Shown here piece after piece: positions 36,680 to 47,681 of a stretch of DNA of 64,000 nucleotides. This DNA comes from Scyliorhinus canicula (Eukaryota). The stretch is taken from the NCBI RefSeq assembly GCF_902713615.1, contig NC_052165.1, forward strand, positions 93,513,513 through 93,577,512, given 5' to 3'. The translations under genes were made by a program, and so were the position numbers. Numbering within the stretch: position 1 is the stretch's first letter; the number at the start of each line of letters is the position of its first letter. The notes below the pieces were generated by a model, which was given only the letters and a program-made list of their open reading frames with translations, had not been told where the DNA came from and searched no databases.

Positions 36680-39600
36680 GTCAGTACTGAGGGAGCGCTG
36701 CACTGTCAGAGGGTCAGTGCTGAGGGAGTGCCGCACTGTCAGAGGGTCAGTACTGAGGGAGCCGCACTGTCAGAGGGTCAGTGCTGAGGGAGTGCCGCAC
36801 TGTCAGAGAGTCAGTGCTGAGGGAGTGCTGCACTGTCAGAGGGTCAGTACTGAGGGAGTGCCGCACTGTCAGAGGGTCAGTACTGAGGGAGTGCCGCACT
36901 GTCAGAGGGTCAGTACTGAGGGAGCGCTGCACTGTCAGAGGGTCAGTACTGAGGGAGCGCCGCACTGTCAGAGGGTCAGTGCTGAGGGAGTGCTGCACTG
37001 TCAGAGGGTCAGTACTGAGGGAGCGTCGCACTGTCAGAGGGTCAGTACTGAGGGAGGGCTGCACTGTCAGAGGGTCAGTACTGAGGGAGTGCCGCACTGT
37101 CAGAGGGTCAGTACTGAGGGAGTGCTGCACTGTCAGAGGGTCAGTGCTGAGGGAGTGCTGCACTGTCAGAGGGTCAGTACTGAGGGAGTGCCGCACTGTC
37201 AGAGGGTCAGTACTGAGGGAGTGCTGCACTGTCAGAGGGTCAGTACTGAGGGAGTGCCGCACTGTCAGAGGGTCAGTGCTGAGGGAGTGCTGCACTGTCA
37301 GAGGGTCAGTACTGAGGGAGTGCTGCACTGTCAGAGGGTCAGTACTGAGGGAGTGCTGCACTTTCAGAGGGTCAGTACTGAGGGAGTGCCGCACTGTCAG
37401 AGGGTCAGTACTGAGGGAGCCGCACTGTCAGAGGGTCAGTACTGAGGGAGCGCCCCACTGTCAGAGGGTCAGTACTGAGGGAGTGCCGACTGTCAGAGGG
37501 TCAGTACTGAGGGAGTGCTGCACTGTCAGAGGGTCAGTGCTGAGGGAGTGCTGCACTGTCAGAGGGTCAGTACTGAGGGAGTGCCGACTGTCAGAGGGTC
37601 AGTACTGAGGGAGTGCTGCACTGTCAGAGGGTCAGTACTGAGGGAGCCGCTCTGTCAGAGGGTCAGTACTGAGGGAGCCGCAATGTCAGAGGGTCAGTAC
37701 TGAGGGAGGGCTGCACTGTCAGAGGGTCAGTACTGAGGGAGTGCCGCACTGTCAGAGGGTCAGTACTGTGGGAGTGCCGCACTGTCAGAGGGTCAGTGCA
37801 GAGGGAGTGCTGCACTGTCAGAGGGTCAGTACTGAGGGAGTGCTGCACTGTCAGAGGGGTCAGTACTGAGGGAGCGCCGCACTGTCAGAGGGTCAGTACT
37901 GAGGGAGTGCCGCACTGTCAGAGGGTCAGTACTGAGGGAGTGCCGCACTGTCAGAGGGTCAGTACTGAGGGAGCGCCGCACTGTCAGAGGGTCAGTACTG
38001 AGGGAGTGCTGCACTGTCAGAGGGTCAGTACTGAGGGAGTGCCGCACTGTCAGAGGGTCAGTACTGAGGGAGTGCTGCACTGTCAGAGGGTCAGTACTGA
38101 GGGAGTGCCGCACTGTCAGAGGGTCAGTACTGAGGGAGTGCTGCACTGTCAGAGGGTCAGTACTGAGGGAGTGCCGCACTGTCAGAGGGGCCATACTGCG
38201 GGAGTGCCGCACTGTCAGAGGGTCAGTACTGTCAGAGGGTCAGTACTGAGGGAGTGCCGCACTGTCAGAGGGTCAGTACTGAGGGAGTGCCGCACTGTCA
38301 GAGGGTCAGTACTGAGGGAGTGCCGCACTGTCAGAGGGTCAGTACTGAGGGAGTGCCGCACTGTCAGAGGGTCGGTACTGAGGGAGCGCCGCACTGTCAG
38401 AGGGTCAGTACTGAGGGAGCGCCGCACTGTCAGAGGGTCAGTACTGAGGGAGTGCTGCACTGTCAGAGGGTCAGTACTGAGGGAGTGCCGCACTGTCAGA
38501 GAGTCAGTACTGAGGGAGTGCCGCACTGTCAGAGGGTCAGTACTGAGGGAGCGCCGCACTGTCAGAGGGTCAGTACTGAGGGAGTGCTGCACTGTCAGAG
38601 GGTCAGTACTGAGGGAGCACCGCACTGTCAGAGAGTCAGTACTGAGGGAGTGCCGCACTGTCAGAGGGTCAGTACTGAGGGAGTGCTGCACTGTCAGAGG
38701 GTCAGTACTGAGGGAGTGCCGCACTGTCAGAGGGTCAGTACTGAGGGAGTGCTGCACTGTCAGAGGGTCAGTACTGAGGGAGTGCCGCACTGTCAGAGGG
38801 GCCATACTGCGGGAGTGCCGCACTGTCAGAGGGTCAGTACTGTCAGAGGGTCAGTACTGAGGGAGTGCCGCACTGTCAGTGGGTCAGTACTGAGGGAGTG
38901 CCGCACTGTCAGAGGGTCAGTACTGAGGGAGTGCCGCACTGTCAGAGGGTCGGTACTGAGGGAGCGCCGCACTGTCAGAGGGTCAGTACTGAGGGAGCGC
39001 CGCACTGTCAGAGGGTCAGTACTGAGGGAGTGCTGCACTGTCAGAGGGTCAGTACTGAGGGAGCACCGCACTGTCAGAGAGTGTGTACTGAGGGAGTGCC
39101 GCACTGTCAGAGGGTCAGTACTGAGGGAGTGCTGCACTGTCAGAGGGTCAGTACTGAGGGAGTGCCGCACTGTCAGAGGGTCAGTACTGAGGGAGTGCTG
39201 CACTGTCAGAGGGTCAGTACTGAGGGAGTGCCGCACTGTCAGAGGGTCAGTACTGAGGGAGTGCCGCACTGTCAGAGGGTCAGTACTGAGGGAGTGCCGC
39301 ACTGTCAGAGGGTCAGTACTGAGGGAGTGCCGCACTGTCAGAGGGTCAGTACTGAGGGAGTGCCGCACTGTCAGAGGGTCAGTGCTGAGGGAGTGCGGCA
39401 CTGTCAGAGGGTCAGTACTGAGGGAGTGCCGCACTGTCAGAGAGTCAGTACTGAGGGAGTGCGGCACTGTCAGAGGGTCAGTACTGAGGGAGTGTCGTAC
39501 TGTCAGAGGGTCAGTACTGAGGGAGTGCCGCACTGTCAGAGGGTCAGTACTGAGGGAGTGCCGCACTGTCAGATGGTCAGTACTGAGGGAGTGCCGCACT

Positions 39601-40066
39601 GTCAGAGGGTCAGTACTGAGGGGAGTGCCGCACTGTCAGAGGGTCGGTACTGAGGGAGCGCCGCACTGTCAGAGGGTCAGTACTGAGGGAGCGCCGCACT
39701 GTCAGAGGGTCAGTACTGAGGGAGTGCTGCACTGTCAGAGGGTCAGTACTGAGGGAGCACTGCACTGTCAGAGAGTGTGTACTGAGGGAGTGCCGCACTG
39801 TCAGAGGGTCAGTACTGAGGGAGTGCTGCACTGTCAGAGAGTCAGTACTGAGGGAGTGCTGCACTGTCAGAGGGTCAGTACTGAGGGAGTGCCGCACTGT
39901 CAGAGGGTCAGTACTGAGGGAGTGCCGCACTGTCAGAGGGTCAGTACTGAGGGAGTGCTGCACTGTCAGAGGGTCAGTACTGAGGGAGTGTCGCACTGTC
40001 AGAGGGTCAGTACTGAGGGAGTGCTGCACTGTCAGAGGGTCAGTGCTGAGGGAGTGCCGCACTGTC
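36680..40066. repeat. Satellite with a 32-bp unit (CAGTACTGAGGGAGTGCCGCACTGTCAGAGGGT-like), about 105 copies
   Basis: Direct periodicity. Confidence 0.97.
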
Positions 40067-40703
40067 CACGGGACCTTCACTAACGGAGGATGGAGGAACT
40101 GAAGTCAATGAGGCCCAAAGACCTGTTTGAAGGAGACATGTTTGGGGCACTTACCCCACGAGGTCGCCCAGGAAGAGCTGGAATGGCCACTAGAGGCCGC
40201 TGCNNNNNNNNNNNNNNNNNNNNNNNNNNNNNNNNNNNNNNNNNNNNNNNNNNNNNNNNNNNNNNNNNNNNNNNNNNNNNNNNNNNNNNNNNNNNNNNNN
40301 NNNNNNNNNNNNNNNNNNNNNNNNNNNNNNNNNNNNNNNNNNNNNNNNNNNNNNNNNNNNNNNNNNNNNNNNNNNNNNNNNNNNNNNNNNNNNNNNNNNN
40401 NNNNNNNNNNNNNNNNNNNNNNNNNNNNNNNNNNNNNNNNNNNNNNNNNNNNNNNNNNNNNNNNNNNNNNNNNNNNNNNNNNNNNNNNNNNNNNNNNNNN
40501 NNNNNNNNNNNNNNNNNNNNNNNNNNNNNNNNNNNNNNNNNNNNNNNNNNNNNNNNNNNNNNNNNNNNNNNNNNNNNNNNNNNNNNNNNNNNNNNNNNNN
40601 NNNNNNNNNNNNNNNNNNNNNNNNNNNNNNNNNNNNNNNNNNNNNNNNNNNNNNNNNNNNNNNNNNNNNNNNNNNNNNNNNNNNNNNNNNNNNNNNNNNN
40701 NNN

Positions 40704-43700
40704 CACAGTGTGTTAGATACACTGTCCTTTCCCCCTCTGGGACAGTGTCACAGTGTGTTAAATACACTGTCCTTTCCCCCTCTGGGACAGTGTCACAGTG
40801 TGTTAGATACACTGTCCTTTCCCCCTCTGGGACCGGGTGTCACAGTGTGTTAGATACACTGTCCTTTCCCCCTCTGGGACAGTGTCACAGTGTGTTAGAT
40901 ACACTGTCCTTTCCCCCTCTGGGACAGTGTCACAGTGTTTTAGATACACTGTCCTTTCCCCCTCTGGGACAGTGTCACAGTGTGTTAGATACACTGTCCT
41001 TTCCCCCTCTGGGACAGTGTCACAGTGTGTTAGATACACTGTCCTTTCCCCCTCTGGGACAGTGTCACAGTGTGTTAGACACACTGTCCTTTCCCCCTCT
41101 GGGACAGTGTCGCAGTGTGTTAGATACACTGTCCTTTCCCCCTCTGGGACCGGGGTGTCACAGTGTGTTAGATACACTGTCCTTTCCCCCTCTGGGACAG
41201 TGTCACAGTGTGTTAGATACACTGTCCTTTCCCCCTCTGGGACCGGGTGTCACAGTGTGTTAGATACACTGTCCTTTCCCCCTCTGGGACAGTCTCACAG
41301 TGTGTTAGATACACTGTCCTTTCCCCCTCTGGGACCGAGTGTCACAGTGTGTTAGATACACTGTCCTTTCCCCCTCTGGGACCGAGTGTCACAGTGTGTT
41401 AGATACACTGTCCTTTCCCCCTCTGGGACAGTGTCACAGTATGTTAGATACACTGTCCTTTCCCCCTCTGGGACCGGGTGTCACAGTGTGTTAGATACAC
41501 TGTCCTTTCCCCCTCTGGGACAGTGTCACAGTGTGTTAGATACACTGTCCTTTCCCCCTCTGGGACAGTGTCACAGTGTGTTAGATACACTGTCCTTTCC
41601 CCCTCTGGGACCGGGTGTCACAGTGTGTTAGATACACTGTCCTTTCCCCCTCTGGGGCCGGGTGTCACAGTGTGTTAGATACACTGTCCTTTCCCCCTCT
41701 GGGACAGTGTCACAGTGTGTTAGATACACTGTCCTTTCCCCATCTGGGACAGTGTTACAGTGTGTTAGATACACTGTCCTTTCCCCCTCTGGGACAGTGT
41801 CACAGTGTGTTAGATACACTGTCCTTTCCCCCTCTGGGACAGTGTCACAGTGTGTTAGATACACTGTCCTTTCCCCCTCTGGGACAGTGTCACATTGTGT
41901 TAGATACACTGTCCTTTCCCCCTCTGGGACAGTGTCACAGTGTGTTAGATACACTGTCCTTTCCCCCTCTGGGACCGGGTGTCACAGTGTGTTAGATACA
42001 CTGTCCTTTCCCCCTCTGGGACAGTGTCACAGTGTGTTAGATACACTGTCCTTTCCCCCTCTGGGACAGTGTCACAGTGTGTTAGATACACTGTCCTTTC
42101 CCCCTCTGGGACCGGGTGTCACAGTGTGTTAGATACACTGTCCTTTCCCCCTCTGGGACAGTGTCACAGTGTGTTAGATACATTGTCCTTTCCCCCTCTG
42201 GGACAGTGTCACAGAGTGTTAGATACACTGTCCTTTCCCCCTCTGGGACCGGGTGTCACAGTATGTTAGATACACTGTCCTTTCCCCCTCTGGGACAGTG
42301 TTACAGTGTGTTAGATACACTGTCCTTTCCCCCTCTGGGACAGTGTCACAGTGTGTTAGATACACTGTCCTTTCCCCCTGTGGGACAGTGTCACAGTGTG
42401 TTAGATACACTGTCCTTTCCCCCTCTGGGACCGGGTGTCACAGTGTGTTCGATACACTGTCCTTTCCCCCTCTGGGACCGGGTGTCACAGTGTGTTAGAT
42501 ACACTGCCCTTTCCCCCTCTGGGACAGTGTCACAGTGTGTTAGATACACTGTCCTTTCCCCCTCTGGGACAGTGTTACAGTGTGTTAGATACACTGTCCT
42601 TTCCCCCTCTGGGACCGGGTGTCACAGTGTGTTAGATACACTGTCCTTTCCCCCTCTGGGACAGTGTGACAGTGTGTCAGATACACTGTCCTTTCCCCCT
42701 CTGGGACCGGGTGTCACAGTGTGTTAGATACACTGTCCTTTCCCCCTCTGGGACAGTGTCACAGTGTGTTAGATACACTGTCCTTTCCCCCTCTGGGACA
42801 GTGTCACAGTGTGTTAGATACACTGTCCTTTCCCCCTCTGGGACAGTGTCACAGTGTGTTAGAAACACTGTCCTATCCCCCTCTGGGACAGTGTCACAGT
42901 GTGTTAGATACACTGTCCTTTCCCCCTCTGGGACAGTGTCACAGTGTGTTAGATACACTGTCCTTTCCCCCTCTGGGACCGGGTGTCACAGTGTGTTAGA
43001 TACACTGTCCTTTTACCCTCTGGGACCGGGTGTCACAGTGTGTTAAGATACACTGTCCTTTCCCCCTCTGGGACAGTGTCACAGTGTGTTAGATACACTG
43101 TCCTTTCCCTCTCTGGGACAGTGTCACAGTGTGTTAGATACACTGTCCTTTCCCCCTCTGGGACCGGGTGTCACAGTGTGTTAGATACACTGTCCTTTCC
43201 CCCTCTGGGACAGTGTCACAGTGTGTTAGATACACTGTCCTTTCCCCCTCTGGGACAGTGTCACAGTGTGTTAGATACACTGTCCTTTCCCTCTCTGGGA
43301 CAGTGTCACAGTGTGTTAGATACACTGTCCTTTCCCCCTCTGGGACAGTGTCACAGTGTGTTAGATACACTGTCCTTTCCCCCTCTGGGACAGTGTCACA
43401 GTGTGTTAGATACACTGTCCTTTCCCTCTCTGGGACAGTGTCACAGTGTGTTAGATACACTGTCCTTTCCCACTCTGGGACTGGGTGTCACAGTGTGTTA
43501 GATACACTGTCCTTTCCCCCTCTGGGACAGTGTCACAGTGTGTTAGATACACTGTCCTTTCCCCCTATGGGACCGGGTTTCACAGTGTGTTAGATACACT
43601 GTCCTTTCCCCCTCTGGGACAGTGTTACAGTGTGTTAGATACACTGTCCTTTCCCCCTCTGGGACAGTGTCACAGTGTGTTAGATACACTGTCCTTTCCC

Positions 43701-45258
43701 CCTCTGGGGCCGGGTGTCACAGTGTGTTAGATACACTGTCCTTTCCCCCTCTGGGACAGTGTCACAGTGTGTTAGATACACTGTCCTTTCCCCCTCTGGG
43801 ACAGTGTCACAGTGTGTTAGATACACTGTCCTTTCCCCCTCTGGGACCGGGTGTCACATTGTGTTAGATACACTGCCCTTTCCCCCTCTGGGACAGTGTC
43901 ACAGTGTGTTAGATACACTGTTCTTTCCCCCTCTGGGACCGGGTGTCACAGTGTGTTAGATACACTGTCCTTTCCCCCTCTGGGACAGTGTCACAGTGTG
44001 TTAGATACACTGTCCTTTCCCCCTCTGGGACAGTGTCACAGTGTGTTAGATACACTGTCCTTTCCCCCTCTGGGACAGTGTTACAGTGTGTTAGATACAC
44101 TGTCCTTTCCCCCTCTGGGACCGGGTGTCACAGTGTGTTAGATACACTGTCCTTTCCCCCTCTGGGACAGTGTCACAGTGTGTTAGATACACTGTCCTTT
44201 CCCCCTCTGGGACAGTGTCACAGTGTGTAAGACACACTGTCCTTTCCCCCTCTGGGACAGTGTCACAGTGTGTTAGATACACTGTCCTTTCCCCCTCTGG
44301 GACCGGGTGTCACAGTGTGTTAGATACACTGTCCTTTCCCCCTCTAGGACAGTGTTACAGTGTGTTAGATACACTGTCCTTTCCCCCTCTGGGACAGTGT
44401 CACAGTGTGTTAGATACACTGTCCTTTCCCCCTCTGGGACCGGGTGTCACAGTGTGTTAGATACACTGTCCTTTCCCCCTCTGGGACCGGGTGTCACAGT
44501 GTGTTAGATACACTGTCCTTTCCCCCTCTGGGACAATGTCACAGTGTGTTAGATACACTGTCCTTTCCCCCTCTGGGACAGTGTCACAGTGTGTTAGATA
44601 CACTGTCCTTTCCCCCTCTGGGACAGTGTCACAGTGTGTTAGATACACTGTCCTTTCCCCCTCTGGGACAGTGTCACAGTGTGTTAGATACACTGTCCTT
44701 TCCCCCTCTGGGACCGGGTGTCACAGTGTGTTAGATACACTGTCCTTTCCCCCTCTGGGAAAGTGTCACAGTGTGTTAGATACACTGTCCTTTCCCCCTC
44801 TGGGACAGTGTCACAGTGTGTTAGATACACTGTCCTTTCCCCCTCTGGGACAGTGTCACAGTGTGTTAGATACACTGTCCTTTCCCCCTCTGGGACAGTG
44901 TCACAGTGTGTTAGATACACTGTCCTTTCCCCCTCTGGGACAGTGTCACAGTGTGTTAGATACACTGTCCTTTCCCCCTCTGGGACAGTGTCACAGTGTG
45001 TTAGATACACTGTCCTTTCCCCCTCTGGGACAGTGTCACAGTGTGTTAGATACACTGTCCTTTCCCCCCTCTGGGACAGTGTCACAGTGTGTTAGATACA
45101 CTGTCCTTTCCCCCTCTGGGACAGTGTCACAGTGTGTTAGATACACTGTCCTTTCCCCCCTCTGGGACAGTGTCACAGTGTGTTAGATACACTGTCCTTT
45201 CCCCCTCTGGGACAGTGTCACAGTGTGTTAGATACACTGTCCTTTCCCCCTGTGGGAC
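40704..45258. repeat. Satellite with 45/47-bp units (CACAGTGTGTTAGATACACTGTCCTTTCCCCCTCTGGGACAGTGT), about 100 copies, in PELO intron 5
   Basis: Direct periodicity; the 47-bp variant carries ACCGG. Confidence 0.97.
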
Positions 45259-45262
45259 GTAC

Positions 45263-45426
45263 CTTGTCGTGCTGGGTGCAGCTGCCTTTACGCTTCCGAG
45301 GAATGGTGGTCTCCACCTTGGCGCGGAGGACTGTCATGCTGGACGTGACGAGACAGATGTGAGCCAGGCCCTCCTGCATGATGACTGCCCCCACGTCCGC
45401 GTTGTACCCGGGGTCACAGGCCTGTT
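45263..45426 (-). CDS. PELO: Pelota coding exon 5 (EQACDPGYNADVGAVIMQEGLAHICLVTSSMTVLRAKVETTIPRKRKGSCTQHDK)
   Basis: ccag| acceptor and |gtacgt donor; 164 nt, phase 1->0; conserved QEGLAH and IPRKRKG motifs. Confidence 0.96.
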
Positions 45427-45558
45427 CTGGAGGCAGAGGAGAGGAGACGTCAGGTCGTTGCTCAGTCAGCTAGAAGATGATAACAAGAGGGGAGCCCTTC
45501 AGCCCTCAGATCCCGATCTGGCCCCAGGCAGAGACAGGGAGGAAATTCTGCTCTTCGA

Positions 45559-45793
45559 GGGCAGTACGGTGCCGCAGTGGTTAGCACTGCTGTCTGACGG
45601 CACCGAGGTCCCAGGTTCGATCCCGGCTCTGGGTCACTGTCCGTGTGAAGTTTGCACATTCTCCCCGTGTTTGCGTGGGTTTCACCCCCACAACCTAAAG
45701 ATGTGCAGGGTAGGTGGATTGGCCACGCTAAATTGCCCCTTATTCGGAAAAAATGAATTGGGTAATCTAAATTTATAAAGAAAGAAAAAAAAA
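45559..45793 (+). mobile_element. Poly(A)-tailed V-SINE (same subfamily as 31906-32138)
   Basis: Aligns over its full length to 31906-32138. Confidence 0.88.
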
Positions 45794-45794
45794 T

Positions 45795-46077
45795 GCACTT
45801 TTGCTTCACAGCTGCAGGGTCCCAGGTTCGATTCCCCGCTGGGTCACTGTCTGTGCGGAGTCTGCACGTCCTCCCCGTGGGTTTCCTCCGGGGGCTCCGG
45901 TTTCCTCCCACAAGTTCCGAAAGACGTGCTTGTTGGGTGAATTGGACATTCTGAATTCTCCCTCTGTGCACCCGAACAGGCGCCGGAGTGTGGCGACTAG
46001 GGGCTTTTCACAGTAACTTCATTGCAGCGTTAATGTCAGCTGACTTGTGACAATGAAGATTATCATTATTATTATTA
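45795..46077 (+). mobile_element. HE1-like V-SINE with (ATT)n tail
   Basis: Aligns to 460-716. Confidence 0.88.
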
Positions 46078-46364
46078 GTGAATCTGTGGCATTCTGTGCT
46101 GCGGAGAGCTCTGGAGGCGGGTCGTTAACTACGTTTAAGGCTGAGACACAGGGATCGAGGGTTACGGGGACGAGCCGGGAGGTGCGAATTGAGGGTCAGT
46201 CACAGTCTCATTGAATGGCAGAGCAGACTCGATGGGCCGAATGTCATGGTTACGTTACAGGGCTGGGAATCCAGCAAGTGAGATTTGCAACTCTGTTCAA
46301 ACACAACCGACTGTTCAATTCAGTTGCAATATCTGCCGTATCTCAGGAGATTCCGATTTCTATT

Positions 46365-46795
46365 CATAGAACATAGAACACTACAGCGCAGTACGGGCCC
46401 TTCGGCCCTCGATGTTGCGCCGACCTGTGAAACCATCTGAAGCCTATCTGACCGACACTATTCCATTTTCATCCATATGTCTATCCAGTGACCACTTAAA
46501 TGCCCTTAAAGTTGGCGAGTCTACTACTGTTGCAAGCAGGGTGTTCCACACCCCTACTACTCTCTGAGTAAAGAAACTGCCTCTGATATCTGTCCTATAT
46601 CTCTCACCCCTCAATTTAAAGCTATGTCCCCTCATGTTGGTCATCACCATCCGAGGAAAAAGACTCTCACTGTCCACCCTATCTAACCCTCTGACTATCT
46701 TATATGTCTCTATTAAGTCACCTCTCAGCCTTCTCCTCTCTAACGAAAACAACCTCAAGTCCCTGAGCCTTTCCTCGTAAGACCTTCCCTCCACT
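46365..46795 (-). mobile_element. CR1 (HER1-like) LINE 3' end
   Basis: SYEERL..L.LFSLERRRLRGDLIETYKI...RGHSFKL...FFTQRVVGVWN; (ATAGAAC)n terminal microsatellite. Confidence 0.92.
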
Positions 46796-46814
46796 CTGGT
46801 TGCGAGTTCCAGCC

Positions 46815-47425
46815 TCACATTCGCCCCACACAACTGCCAGGAAATGACCATTTCCAACAAGGGAGAATCAAACTATCTCCCCCCTTGACATTCAATGGCA
46901 TTACCATCACTCAATCCCCCACAATCAACATCCTGCGGGTTGCCATTGATCAGAAACTGAACTGGACCCAGCCATATAAACACTGCGGCTCCCAGAGCAG
47001 GTCAGAGGCTGGGAATCCTGCGGAGAGTAACTCACCTCCTGACTCCCCCCAAAGCCTGTCCAACATCTACAAGGACACAAGTCAGGAGTGTGATGGGACC
47101 CTCTCCACTTGCCTGGATGGGTGCGGCTCCCAATAAAGCTCGAGAAGCTCGACACCATCCAGGACAAAGCAGCTCCCGCTCGATCGACACGCTCACCCCC
47201 ACCGTCCACATCCGCTTCCTCCCCCACCGACGCACAGCGGCAGCCGTGTGTCCCGTCTACAAGATGCACGGCAGCCACTCGCCGAGGCTCCTTCGACAGC
47301 ACCTTCCAAACCCGCCACCTCTCCTACCGAGAAGGACAAGGGGCAGCAGAGGCACGGGGAACACCCACCACCGGCAAGGCCCCCCCTCCAAGCCTCCCCA
47401 TTGAGGGGTAATTAGGGATGGGCCT
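46815..47425 (+). mobile_element. CR1/L2-group LINE fragment (C-terminal part of RT)
   Basis: TF.P..CQ.MTIS...ILRVAIDQKLNW...HI; PLAWMGA...KLDTIQDKA, frameshifted. Confidence 0.75.
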
Positions 47426-47540
47426 GGACTTTTGTCCAGGGAATCATGAATATAAAAGGGGTTGAGGAGGATGGGAACGGTGGGGAATGGACAAGGCGTG
47501 GGTGCTGATGGAGGGAACACCACCTTCACAGAACACACAC

Positions 47541-47631
47541 CGATTCGCTCCAGCACCACACTGTCCCACAGTTTCTTTGCCAGTGTAAACTTCCGATTCA
47601 GCTCCAGCTCAATTGTGTGATAGGCCCCCAT
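47541..47631 (-). CDS. PELO: Pelota coding exon 4 (MGAYHTIELELNRKFTLAKKLWDSVVLERI)
   Basis: ttgcag| acceptor and |gtgtgt donor; 91 nt, phase 0->1; conserved GAYHT and WD motifs. Confidence 0.96.
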
Positions 47632-47681
47632 CTGCAATGAAAGAGGGAGCATCAGTCACTCAGTGTACAAACCCTCTCCTC

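Noticed and set aside
40155-40203. AASSGH peptide as a later pelota exon (cf. HASSGHKYSLKE)
   Set aside because: The following residues (SSSSWATSW) do not match Pelota. The match is probably chance and the piece is truncated by the gap.
36717-45186. Long Cys/His-rich ORFs in the 32-bp and 45-bp arrays as zinc-finger or metallothionein-like proteins
   Set aside because: Frames rotate with unit length and are open on both strands, which indicates repeat read-through.
40704-45258. About 100 copies of the RAG heptamer CACAGTG as recombination signal sequences
   Set aside because: No ACAAAAACC-like nonamer at 12 or 23 nt spacing, and no V, D or J segments.
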